The translations under genes and the position numbers were made by a program. Below the pieces are notes generated by a model that searched no databases, was not told where the DNA came from, and was given only the letters and a program-made list of their open reading frames with translations. Shown here piece by piece: positions 9,944 through 17,808 of a stretch of DNA of 64,000 nt. Location of the stretch: the NCBI GenBank assembly GCA_045652765.1, contig JAZOLG010000029.1, forward strand, positions 3,702 through 67,701, read 5' to 3'. Origin of the DNA: Bacilli bacterium. GTDB taxonomy: Bacteria > Bacillota_I > Bacilli_A > ML615J-28 > CAG-313. The first letter of the stretch is position 1, and each line of letters starts with the position of its first letter.

Positions 9944-9956
9944 GAGGAATATATAT

Positions 9957-11321
9957 ATGTACGCAAAAAACATTTGGAAAAATGCTAGTCCTGAAAAAGT
10001 GACTGCTATTATGGATTTTAATGAAGGATATAAAGAATATATATCTAATGGTAAAACTGAAAGATTATGTGTTGATGAAACAATCAAAATTGCTGAAGAA
10101 AATGGTTATATTAATTTAGCTTTAGCTAAAACAGCAAAACCAGGTGATAAATTTTATTTAGTTAATATGAATAAAAATATTGTTTTATTCAAAGTTGGTG
10201 AAAAACCAGTTGTAGATGGTATTAGAGTATTAGGTGCACACATCGATTCACCAAGACTTGATATTAAACAAAACCCACTTTACGAAAGAAATGGTTTTGC
10301 CTTACTTGATACACACTATTATGGTGGTGTTAAAAAGTATCAATGGGTAACAGTTCCACTAGCAATTCACGGGGTTGTTTGTAAAAAAGACGGAACAACA
10401 GTTAAAGTTTCTATTGGTGAATGCTGCAAAGATCCAGTAGTTGGTATTTCAGATTTATTAATTCATTTATCACAAGATCAATTACAAAAACCTGCTGGTA
10501 AAGTAATTGAAGGGGAAGACTTAGACATAACTATCGGTAGTATGCCATTAACTGGTGAAGAAAAAGAACCTGTTAAAGCAAATGTATTAAAAATGCTTAA
10601 AGAAAAATATGATATTGAAGAAGAAGATTTCTTATCTGCTGAACTTGAAATAGTTCCTGCTGGTAAAGCTAGAGATTATGGACTAGATAGAAGTATGGTT
10701 GCAGGTTACGGACATGATGATAGAGTATGCGCATATACTTCATTAAAAGCTGTATTAGATGCTAAAGTATCTGAATATACAAGTTGCTGTATTTTAGTTG
10801 ATAAAGAAGAAATTGGTTCTGTAGGCGCAACTGGTGCTCAATCTTTATTCTTCGAAAATGCAATTTTAAAATTACTTGCTCTTCAAGGAGAAACATCTTT
10901 ACTTGCGCTTAGAACAGCATTTGAAAACACTAAAATGTTATCAAGTGATGTAAGTGCAGGATTTGATCCATTATTTGCACATGTAAATGATCCAAAAAAT
11001 GCCGCATATTTAGGAAATGGAATTGTATTTAATAAATTTACTGGTCGTGGTGGTAAGAGTGGATCAAACGATGCAAATCCAGAATACTTTGCTTGGGTTA
11101 GAAAAGTAATGGATGATAGTAACGTTCATTTCCAAACTGCTGAACTTGGAAAAGTTGACCAAGGTGGAGGCGGTACTATCGCTTATATCCTAGGTAATTA
11201 TAATATGAATGTAGTTGATGCTGGAGTTGCTGTTCTTAATATGCATGCACCTATGGAAATTGTTTCAAAAGCTGATGTATATGAAGCGTATCTTGCATAT
11301 AAAGCATTCTTAGAAAACTAA
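9957..11321 (+). CDS. M18-family (aminopeptidase I / aspartyl aminopeptidase-like) zinc aminopeptidase
   Basis: Blocks GAHIDSPRLDIK, GYGHDDRVC, VDKEEIGS, LNMHAPMEI. The ATG at 9957 follows TAGGAGGA. The 16-codon upstream extension in the track overlaps the preceding gene and has no RBS. Confidence 0.82.
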   Translation: MYAKNIWKNASPEKVTAIMDFNEGYKEYISNGKTERLCVDETIKIAEENGYINLALAKTAKPGDKFYLVNMNKNIVLFKVGEKPVVDGIRVLGAHIDSPRLDIKQNPLYERNGFALLDTHYYGGVKKYQWVTVPLAIHGVVCKKDGTTVKVSIGECCKDPVVGISDLLIHLSQDQLQKPAGKVIEGEDLDITIGSMPLTGEEKEPVKANVLKMLKEKYDIEEEDFLSAELEIVPAGKARDYGLDRSMVAGYGHDDRVCAYTSLKAVLDAKVSEYTSCCILVDKEEIGSVGATGAQSLFFENAILKLLALQGETSLLALRTAFENTKMLSSDVSAGFDPLFAHVNDPKNAAYLGNGIVFNKFTGRGGKSGSNDANPEYFAWVRKVMDDSNVHFQTAELGKVDQGGGGTIAYILGNYNMNVVDAGVAVLNMHAPMEIVSKADVYEAYLAYKAFLEN

Positions 11322-11334
11322 AAGGAGAAATAGA

Positions 11335-11655
11335 ATGTCAGAAGTAAAAGATAATCAATTTGTATTTATTGATGAAGAAGGCAACGAAACATTATGTGAA
11401 GTAATTTTCACATATGAATGTGAAGAAAATGGAAAAAATTATGTTTTCTTTAATGCTCTTGATGAAAAAGACGAAAACGGAAATGTTGTAGTTGGTGTAG
11501 CTTCATTTAAACCTAAGGGTGAATTTTTTGATGAATTAGAACCTGTAGAAGAAGAAGATGAATGGACAATGTTAGAAGAGGTGTTCAAATCATACGTTGA
11601 AGAATGTGATGGTTGTGAAGAAGAAGATTGTGAAAATTGTCCTCATTGTGAATAG
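11335..11655 (+). CDS. DUF1292-family small acidic protein with Cys-rich C-terminal tail
   Basis: N-terminal DUF1292 pattern F.FIDEEGNETLCEVIFTYE..GKNYVFF. The acidic C-terminus ends ECDGCEEEDCENCPHCE. Confidence 0.75.
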   Translation: MSEVKDNQFVFIDEEGNETLCEVIFTYECEENGKNYVFFNALDEKDENGNVVVGVASFKPKGEFFDELEPVEEEDEWTMLEEVFKSYVEECDGCEEEDCENCPHCE

Positions 11656-11663
11656 GTAGTAAC

Positions 11664-11933
11664 ATGGTTGAATTAAAATCAAATCAATTACTTATTAAAG
11701 ATGGCGATGGCCAAGAAACTCTTTGTGAAATAATTTTCACATTTGATTCGGAAGCAACAGGAAAAAAATATGTTGTGTTTCAACCAGTTGGTGATGAAAC
11801 AGGCTTAGTTGCAGCCGCATCTTATGTTGAAAAAGAAAATGGCGAAGGCGAAATTGAACCTATTGAAACAGAAGAAGAGTGGGAATTAATTCAAGACGCT
11901 TTAAATGATTTTTTAGAACAAGAAGAGGAATAA
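11664..11933 (+). CDS. DUF1292-family small acidic protein (tandem paralog)
   Basis: LIKDGDGQETLCEIIFTFDSEATGKKYVVFQP parallels the upstream paralog. It lies 8 nt downstream of that gene and is followed by a strong terminator. Confidence 0.75.
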   Translation: MVELKSNQLLIKDGDGQETLCEIIFTFDSEATGKKYVVFQPVGDETGLVAAASYVEKENGEGEIEPIETEEEWELIQDALNDFLEQEEE

Positions 11934-11940
11934 GATAAAT

Positions 11941-11968
11941 GTCAGTTCAATTGAACTGACATTTTTTT
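11941..11968 (+). terminator. Intrinsic terminator after the DUF1292 pair
   Basis: GTCAGTTCAATTGAACTGAC palindrome followed by ATTTTTTT. Confidence 0.85.
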
Positions 11969-12033
11969 ATATAAATATATTATTAGACTTTTAATCGTAA
12001 ATTTAGTATAATAAGTAAAAGAGGACAAAAAAT

Positions 12034-12648
12034 ATGAAATGTATTATTATTGGTGCAGGTAACTTTCAAAATGAAAATATTATTAAGAATAAAGATGATT
12101 TATTAATATGTGCTGATGCAGGTTATATATATGCAAAACAACTAAATATAGAAGTTGATTTGCTAGTTGGTGATTTTGATTCTATTGACGATATTCCATG
12201 TAATATTAATATAGTTACCCTTCCAAAAGAAAAAGATGAAACTGATTTATATATTGCTATTTTAGAAGGTATTAAAAGAGGATATAAGGAATTTGAAATA
12301 TATGGTTCACTTGGCGGAAGAATTGAACATTCAATAGCTAATATTCAAATCCTTGCTAATATAGCTACTAAAAATATTATTGCTAAACTTTACGATCAAA
12401 ATACCATAGTTGAAGTGTTAACTGTTGGTACACATATATATAATAAAGAATTAAAAGGTTATATATCATTATTTAGTTTAAGTGATAAATCGATAATTAC
12501 TATAAATAATTTAAAATATGAATTAACAAAACAACAAATTACTAGTTTATTTCCATTAGGTATTGATAATGAATTTATAGGAAGCGAGTCTACCATAACT
12601 GTTCATGAAGGAATAGTATTATCAATAATTAATAAAAAGAATGATTAA
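12034..12648 (+). CDS. thiN: Thiamine diphosphokinase
   Basis: TPK catalytic motifs GDFDSI and KDETD, with a C-terminal thiamine-binding beta domain. Good RBS. Confidence 0.8.
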   Translation: MKCIIIGAGNFQNENIIKNKDDLLICADAGYIYAKQLNIEVDLLVGDFDSIDDIPCNINIVTLPKEKDETDLYIAILEGIKRGYKEFEIYGSLGGRIEHSIANIQILANIATKNIIAKLYDQNTIVEVLTVGTHIYNKELKGYISLFSLSDKSIITINNLKYELTKQQITSLFPLGIDNEFIGSESTITVHEGIVLSIINKKND

Positions 12649-12693
12649 ATCGAATATTTATGATATAATAAATATAATGTGAGGTAAGATTAA

Positions 12694-13326
12694 ATGAAAG
12701 GTTTGTTTATAACAATAGAAGGAAATGATGGTTCTGGTAAATCAACAGTAATAACATCATTAAAGAATGAATTGGCTAAGCTTGATATTGATGTAAGCTA
12801 TTCGAGAGAACCAGGCGGCAGTTATGTTGCAGAAAAAATAAGAGAAGTAATTCTTGACAATGATAATATTGCAATGGATGATAAAACTGAAGCATTACTT
12901 TATGCAGCAAGCAGAAGACAACACTTAAAAGAAACTGTTTTTCCTGCTTTAGAAGAAGGGAAAATTGTTATTTGTGACAGATTTATTGATTCATCATTAA
13001 CTTATCAAGGAATAGCAAGAGGACTTGGTGTTGACGAGGTTTATAATATGAACCTTTTCGCAACAGAAGGATTTATGCCACATTTAACAATATATTTATT
13101 GGTTGATCCTAAAGTTGGTCTACAAAGAAAATCACACCAAAAAGAATTAGATAGATTAGAACATGAAAAATTAGAATTTCATGAAAAAGTATATAATGGC
13201 TATTTAATGTTAGCTGAAAGATTTAAAGATCGTGTAAAAATAGTTAACGGCAATGTTACAATTGAAGAAGAATGTAAAGCTGTTAATGATATTATTATAA
13301 ACTTTATTAAAGAAAGAGGATTCTAA
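12694..13326 (+). CDS. tmk: dTMP (thymidylate) kinase
   Basis: P-loop EGNDGSGKST, DRFIDSSLTYQG and a LID-region R-rich segment. Confidence 0.93.
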   Translation: MKGLFITIEGNDGSGKSTVITSLKNELAKLDIDVSYSREPGGSYVAEKIREVILDNDNIAMDDKTEALLYAASRRQHLKETVFPALEEGKIVICDRFIDSSLTYQGIARGLGVDEVYNMNLFATEGFMPHLTIYLLVDPKVGLQRKSHQKELDRLEHEKLEFHEKVYNGYLMLAERFKDRVKIVNGNVTIEEECKAVNDIIINFIKERGF

Positions 13327-14273
13327 TGAACATTATTGATTATCAAAAAGAAGTTATAAATTTAATTGATAATAGTTTTAAGAAAAATCAAATTAGCCAT
13401 GCATACATTTTTGAAGGAGAACGTGGTAGTGGACTAAAAGAAGTGGCTCTTTATTTTGCGAAAAAATTACTTTGTTTAGAAGAATCAAAACCATGTAACA
13501 AATGTGCTAATTGCAAACGCGTTGACAATGGAACACATACAAATGTAATGATGATTTCTCCTGTTCAAGGAGTTGTAAGAAAAGATCAAATAAATAGCAT
13601 TATTCACGAAGGTTCCATGACTTCACTTACTGAATTAAATAAAATATATATAATTGAAGAAGCAGAAAAAATGAATCGTTCATCTGCTAATGCTCTTTTA
13701 AAATTTTTAGAAGAACCTTATCCAAATAACTATTTAATATTGTTAACTGAAAATAGTAATGTTTTGCTTGAAACAATTACTTCAAGAACGCAACTTATAA
13801 GATTTAAAAGAATTAATAAATCAATACTTGTTAAGAACTTACAAAATGATGGTATTGAAAAAGATGTAGCATATATATTATCAGAATTATTCGGTAGTTT
13901 TGATGAATCTAAAGAAGCCTTAAAAAATGGAACAATCATTAATGTTATTGATTTATTTAAAAAATTGATTATGGCTAAACAAAATAAAAAAGATATATAT
14001 GTTGAATATTTCTTAAATAAAAAACTAATAGACTCTAGTGAAGCAGCTCATTGGTTATTAGAAATATTCACACTATATAAAAGAGAAGAAATTAGATTTA
14101 TTGAAAAAAATGAATGCAATTATTTTACTAACTTAATTGATAGTGATACTTATCAAGATACTGATACATTTAAAATTGCAAATCAAATTGATGAAATAAA
14201 TTTAAGTATTGAAAAAATTAACGCTAAGGTTAATATTGATTTAGTATTAGCAGGATTATTACAAAAACTATAA
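13326..14273 (+). CDS. holB: DNA polymerase III delta' subunit
   Basis: HAYIFEGERGSG, zinc module CNKCANCKR, SRTQLIRF sensor motif. The tmk-holB order is conserved. Confidence 0.88.
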   Translation: MNIIDYQKEVINLIDNSFKKNQISHAYIFEGERGSGLKEVALYFAKKLLCLEESKPCNKCANCKRVDNGTHTNVMMISPVQGVVRKDQINSIIHEGSMTSLTELNKIYIIEEAEKMNRSSANALLKFLEEPYPNNYLILLTENSNVLLETITSRTQLIRFKRINKSILVKNLQNDGIEKDVAYILSELFGSFDESKEALKNGTIINVIDLFKKLIMAKQNKKDIYVEYFLNKKLIDSSEAAHWLLEIFTLYKREEIRFIEKNECNYFTNLIDSDTYQDTDTFKIANQIDEINLSIEKINAKVNIDLVLAGLLQKL

Positions 14274-14286
14274 AGGTGGTGAAAAC

Positions 14287-15105
14287 ATGATAGAAGTAGT
14301 AGGCGTACAGTTTAAAGGAATGGGACGCATATATTATTTCAAACCATTAAATATAAAATTCCAACCAGGAGATTACGCTATTGTTGAAACTGTTCGTGGT
14401 GTTGAACTTGGTAAAGTTATTGTTGGTAATAAAGAAATTGATGAAAGTCAATTTGAAACAGAACTTAAAGAAGTATTAAGAAAAGCAAAGGAAGAAGATT
14501 TGCTTATTGAAGAAAAAAATAATAAAGAAGCTGAAGAAGCTTTTAGAATATTTAAAAGTGAAGTAGTTAAATTAGATCTTGATATGAAGCCGCTTCAAGC
14601 TGAATACACATTTGATCGTACAAAAATTATTTTTTATTATACTGCAGATGATCGTGTAGATTTTAGAGAGCTTTTAAAACAACTAACTCCACAATTTAAA
14701 TTACGAGTTGAACTTCGACAAATCGGTACACGTGAAGGTGCAAGATTAATTGGTGGACTTGGTGGTTGTGGAAGAGAAATATGTTGTCGCAGTTTTCTAA
14801 AGAATTTCGATGTTGTTACAATGAAAATGGCAAAAGATCAATCAATGAGTTTGAATAATAATAAGATTAGTGGTATCTGTGGAAAACTTATGTGTTGTAT
14901 TGCTTATGAAAATGGATTATATCAAGAACTTCGTGAAATTGTACCAGCTATTGGTACATATGTAAAAACACCAAATTGTGATTATTGTAAAGTTGTAGGT
15001 GTAGACTATGTTAAACAAATAGTCAGAGCCCAAGAGTCTCCTGATGCGATGCCTGTTGCGTATTACGCTGAACAAGTACAAGTTGTACCTAGAAAAGATA
15101 AATAA
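14287..15105 (+). CDS. ricT: PSP1-domain protein YaaT/RicT
   Basis: PSP1 C-terminal domain with Cys cluster GGCGREICCRSF .. CGKLMCC. It sits downstream of holB as in Bacillus. Confidence 0.88.
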   Translation: MIEVVGVQFKGMGRIYYFKPLNIKFQPGDYAIVETVRGVELGKVIVGNKEIDESQFETELKEVLRKAKEEDLLIEEKNNKEAEEAFRIFKSEVVKLDLDMKPLQAEYTFDRTKIIFYYTADDRVDFRELLKQLTPQFKLRVELRQIGTREGARLIGGLGGCGREICCRSFLKNFDVVTMKMAKDQSMSLNNNKISGICGKLMCCIAYENGLYQELREIVPAIGTYVKTPNCDYCKVVGVDYVKQIVRAQESPDAMPVAYYAEQVQVVPRKDK

Positions 15106-15845
15106 TGATAGAAGTAATAAATGATCTATTAGGATATGACGGAATAAAAATTATTCAGTGTCCTGACATGTTTCATTTCTCGCTTGATTCTAGTTTGTTA
15201 GGCGACTTTGTTACAATAAATCCTCAAGATAAAAGAATATTGGATATTGGTACAGGAAATGGACCAATACCTTTATTTTTATCACTGCGTACAAAAGCGC
15301 CAATTGATGGCGTTGAAATACAAGAACAACTTGCAGATTTAGCAGCAAGAAGTGTAAAATTAAATAATTTAGAGGAACAAATAACAATAATCAACGATGA
15401 TGTAAGAACATTACATAAAAAGATAGGCGTATCTAAATACGATGTAATAACTTGTAATCCACCATACTTTAAACATAAAGAAGAAAGTAATATTAATAAA
15501 AACGATTATTTGACATTAGCTCGTCATGAAATAACGTTAAATTTAGATGAATTATTAGACTGTGTTAGAAAACTTTTAAAAGACAATGGTACTTTCGCAA
15601 TGGTTCATAGAACTGAAAGATTAATGGATATTTTAGAAGTTTTTAGAAAATATAACATTGAACCAAAAAGAATCAGATTTGTTTATCCAAAGAAGAATAG
15701 TACACATAGTCTAGCTGTACTAATTGAAGGTAAGAAAAGCAAGAAACAAGGTGGTTTAAAAATATTACCACCACTATATGTTCATAATTTAAATGGAACA
15801 TATACGAAAGAAATCCTTAGAATATTTAATTACAAACAGGAGTAA
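15105..15845 (+). CDS. SAM-dependent N6-adenine methyltransferase, YabB / tRNA1(Val) m6A37 methyltransferase-like
   Basis: SAM-binding DIGTGNG and catalytic NPPYF. TAATG overlap with yaaT. Confidence 0.8.
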   Translation: MIEVINDLLGYDGIKIIQCPDMFHFSLDSSLLGDFVTINPQDKRILDIGTGNGPIPLFLSLRTKAPIDGVEIQEQLADLAARSVKLNNLEEQITIINDDVRTLHKKIGVSKYDVITCNPPYFKHKEESNINKNDYLTLARHEITLNLDELLDCVRKLLKDNGTFAMVHRTERLMDILEVFRKYNIEPKRIRFVYPKKNSTHSLAVLIEGKKSKKQGGLKILPPLYVHNLNGTYTKEILRIFNYKQE

Positions 15846-15850
15846 TAAAT

Positions 15851-16705
15851 ATGAAAAGACAAAAAAGTTTTGATAATAATGATGCAAAATTATATTTAGT
15901 TGGTACTCCGATTGGTAATTTGGAAGACATTACTTTTCGTGCTATTAATACACTCAAAATGGTTGATATAATATATTGTGAAGACACTAGAACATCTTTT
16001 AAATTGTTAAATCATTACGAGATAACAACTAAGTTAAAGAGTGTACATTTATTCAATGAAAATGAAATTAGTCACGAAATCATTCAAAAGATAAAAGATG
16101 GTTTGAATGTCGCAATTATCAGTGATGCAGGACTTCCAATTATATCGGATCCAGGTTGGGTTGTAGTAAAGGAAGCTGTTGATAATGATATTGATGTTGT
16201 TTCTATTCCAGGTGCTACTGCCGGTCTTACAGCTTTAATAGCATCAGGAATCCCAGCCCATTCGTTTTATTTTGCGGGCTTTTTAAATAGTAAAAAAGCC
16301 AAAAGAAAACAAGAACTTAAAAAATTATATAATAAAGAAGAAACAATCATCATGTATGAATCACCACATCGTATTGTGGAAACATTATCAATCTTAGATG
16401 AACTCTTTACTAATCGTGATATTGTGTTAGCCAGAGAACTAACCAAGAAACATGAAGAGTATTTAAGAGGTAAGCCAAAAGAATTGTTAGAAATTGCTGA
16501 TTCATTAAAAGGTGAAATGGTTTTAATTATTGAAGGTAATGCAAATCCTGAGACAGATGAACTTGTTGAATTAAATGATTTATCTCTAATAGAACATTAC
16601 AATCATTATATTGAAAAGGGCTTTACTGATAAAGACGCAATTAAACAAGTAGCACTTGATAGACATATATCTAAAAAAGATGTATATAACGTAATAAAAA
16701 AATAA
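15851..16705 (+). CDS. rsmI: 16S rRNA (cytidine1402-2'-O)-methyltransferase RsmI
   Basis: LYLVGTPIGNLEDITFRAI, CEDTR and YESPHR motifs of the tetrapyrrole-methylase-fold RsmI family. Confidence 0.92.
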   Translation: MKRQKSFDNNDAKLYLVGTPIGNLEDITFRAINTLKMVDIIYCEDTRTSFKLLNHYEITTKLKSVHLFNENEISHEIIQKIKDGLNVAIISDAGLPIISDPGWVVVKEAVDNDIDVVSIPGATAGLTALIASGIPAHSFYFAGFLNSKKAKRKQELKKLYNKEETIIMYESPHRIVETLSILDELFTNRDIVLARELTKKHEEYLRGKPKELLEIADSLKGEMVLIIEGNANPETDELVELNDLSLIEHYNHYIEKGFTDKDAIKQVALDRHISKKDVYNVIKK

Positions 16706-16730
16706 AGAGGTTCATTTTGAACCTCTTTTA
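16704..16730. terminator. Bidirectional terminator between rsmI and the convergent MurE-like gene
   Basis: AAGAGGTTC-ATTTT-GAACCTCTT hairpin flanked by A and T runs. Confidence 0.8.
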
Positions 16731-17591
16731 TAATATATATTTGGAGAAAAATATATTAACAAAATCAACTGTTTGAAACTCATTATCGAATAATGCAAAC
16801 AAAGAAATGATAAAATATATATAATCAAAATTATTCAAACAAAACAATACTTCGCTTATTTCCATTTCATTTTTATATAATGTGCCAGTAATTATTTTAT
16901 TATGAATTGAAACATTAGCTAAATTATATATGCCATTAGAATTGTAACTAACACTAATACAATTATTTAAATGAACTAAATCGTCAAAGTCATCATAATT
17001 TGCTAAAAAAACTCCGTTTGATTTAACATAACTATCTATTTTGATAAGGGACTTAAATGATGTGCTATAAGATGATTTAGACAATAAAATGTAATCAAAT
17101 TTTAGAATTCCTTTTATATCATTTAGTTCAGAAGAATGAAATATCCAAAAGATATAATGATATTCCTTTTTATTACAATTACTTAAAAAAGTATAAAGTT
17201 TATCGATATCATAATATTCTTTAATAAATGTTATTTTAATTTGCTTGTGCTTATTAAAAAGATCAGTAAGTATTTTTTCATAATTAAAAAAATCATCATT
17301 TAAGATTCCAATTAATTTATATTTTGAATCTTCTAATTTATAATAAATGTTATATATATGAGCAAGCTCAGTTATAATATTTTCTGTTTTTATATAAAGG
17401 AATGTATTGTCTAAAATAGGGTATTCCGATACAATCAAAATACTGTTTTTAAGATGCTTTGGAATATCGAAAATATTGTCATTATTCATATTAATGAATA
17501 TTGTATTTTTCTTAATATCATTAATATTAACAGTAATAAAGTTAACTTCAAAATCATTAATAATATTTGGATAAAAGCTTGATAGTTTCAT
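16728..17591 (-). CDS. MurE-like Mur-ligase homolog lacking the P-loop and the C-terminal domain (putative pseudoenzyme)
   Basis: The ATG at 17591 is preceded by AGGAG plus an 8-nt spacer. It is collinear with the MurE N-terminal and central domains (INDIKKNTIFINM vs DSR.V.PG.LFV; KYKLIGI at the P-loop position; VFLANYDD vs AV.N.DD; NGIYNLANV vs G.FNVYN..A), but GTNGKT is replaced by LNDDFF. It ends at about 287 aa. Confidence 0.55.
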   Translation of the reverse strand: MKLSSFYPNIINDFEVNFITVNINDIKKNTIFINMNNDNIFDIPKHLKNSILIVSEYPILDNTFLYIKTENIITELAHIYNIYYKLEDSKYKLIGILNDDFFNYEKILTDLFNKHKQIKITFIKEYYDIDKLYTFLSNCNKKEYHYIFWIFHSSELNDIKGILKFDYILLSKSSYSTSFKSLIKIDSYVKSNGVFLANYDDFDDLVHLNNCISVSYNSNGIYNLANVSIHNKIITGTLYKNEMEISEVLFCLNNFDYIYFIISLFALFDNEFQTVDFVNIFFSKYIL

Positions 17592-17808
17592 AAATACAAC
17601 TCCTAATTTTATTATTCTCAAGTATTCAAATAATATACAAAATATCTTTCAAAACCACTGTTAAATAGGAAAATTTCACAAAGCAACTTTTTTCGACAAA
17701 AGAGAAAAAACATCTTAAAATAAATTTGTAAGATATTTAATTAGCAAAAAAATAGATGTTGTGATATAATAAGTCGTAAAATAAAAATAACTAGGAGGAG
17801 TTTTATTT

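Noticed and set aside
9909-9956. N-terminal extensions of track ORFs. Examples are 9909 for the M18 peptidase, 25417 for sufD, 27783 for sufB, 38238 for maf, 22092 for the yhbD-like gene, 52423 for yabP and 61460 for the aspartase-like gene.
   Set aside because: In each case a downstream start codon has a properly spaced Shine-Dalgarno sequence and matches the conserved family N-terminus. The extension overlaps the preceding gene or contains the RBS itself.
17658-17683. A Rex- or CRP/FNR-like inverted repeat (TGTTAA ... TCACAA) upstream of nifJ.
   Set aside because: The half-sites are separated by about 11 nt rather than the 4-6 nt of known Rex and CRP/FNR boxes. They are imperfect, and the element lies far upstream of the promoter.
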